From: Octopus sinensis
Taxonomy: Eukaryota
Direction: 5' to 3'
DNA length: 64,000 nucleotides
Assembly: GCF_006345805.1 (NCBI RefSeq)
Contig: NC_042997.1
Location: 59,582,001 to 59,646,000 of the forward strand
The position numbers and the translations under genes were made by a program. This document shows positions 63,840 to 64,000 of this stretch, piece by piece (position 1 is the stretch's first letter; every line of letters starts with the position of its first letter). Below the pieces are notes generated by a model. The model saw only the letters and a list, made by a program, of their open reading frames with translations, ran no database searches and was not told the DNA's origin.

Positions 63840-64000
63840 ATTGATAATAATAATAATGGTTTCAAATTTTGGCACAAGGCCAGCAATTTCGGGGATGGGT
63901 AAGTCGATTACATTGACCTCAGTGCTCAGTGACTTCAGTATGTAACTGAGGTCACTCAGTACAGTGACTTATTTTATCAACCCCAAAAGGCAAAGTTAAC
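63840..64000 (-). mobile_element. SINE family A with an internal hairpin insertion
   Basis: ggcacaaggccagcaatttcggggatgggtaagtcgattacattgacc ... acttattttatcaacccc. Confidence 0.8.

Overview
This is repeat-dense eukaryotic DNA, almost certainly cephalopod and most likely Octopus, judged from recalled Octopus SINE families, RTE (GAT)n tails and the (TACA)n/(TA)n microsatellite load. Most listed ORFs are microsatellite translations or TE debris. The TE content includes three tRNA-type SINE families, L1/Tx1-like, RTE, R4/Dong, CRE-like and Penelope-like retroelements, a Gypsy pol fragment and solo LTR, hAT and Tc1/mariner remnants, and several MITEs. Host gene evidence is sparse. There is a probable terminal coding exon at 37156-37363 (-) and a possible internal exon at 43084-43248 (-). 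A motif-rich promoter with a first exon lies at 58070-58238 (+). CpG decay at about 36.6-54 kb and 60.4-64 kb, against CpG retention elsewhere, suggests two methylated gene bodies diverging from an unmethylated promoter. The most unusual observations are four. (1) A gag/ORF1-only retroelement with 23-bp flanking repeats shares its 3' tail with a SINE subfamily that chains into its own copies. (2) A MITE carries a telomeric (TTAGGG) cassette inside a nested inverted repeat and has a 6-bp TSD. (3) Short, apparently locally templated insertions occur at TE junctions, one of them later hit by a Gypsy LTR. (4) An RTE ORF2 carries a PHD-like finger inside the RT region. All protein family calls come from motif recognition by eye, not from database searches.
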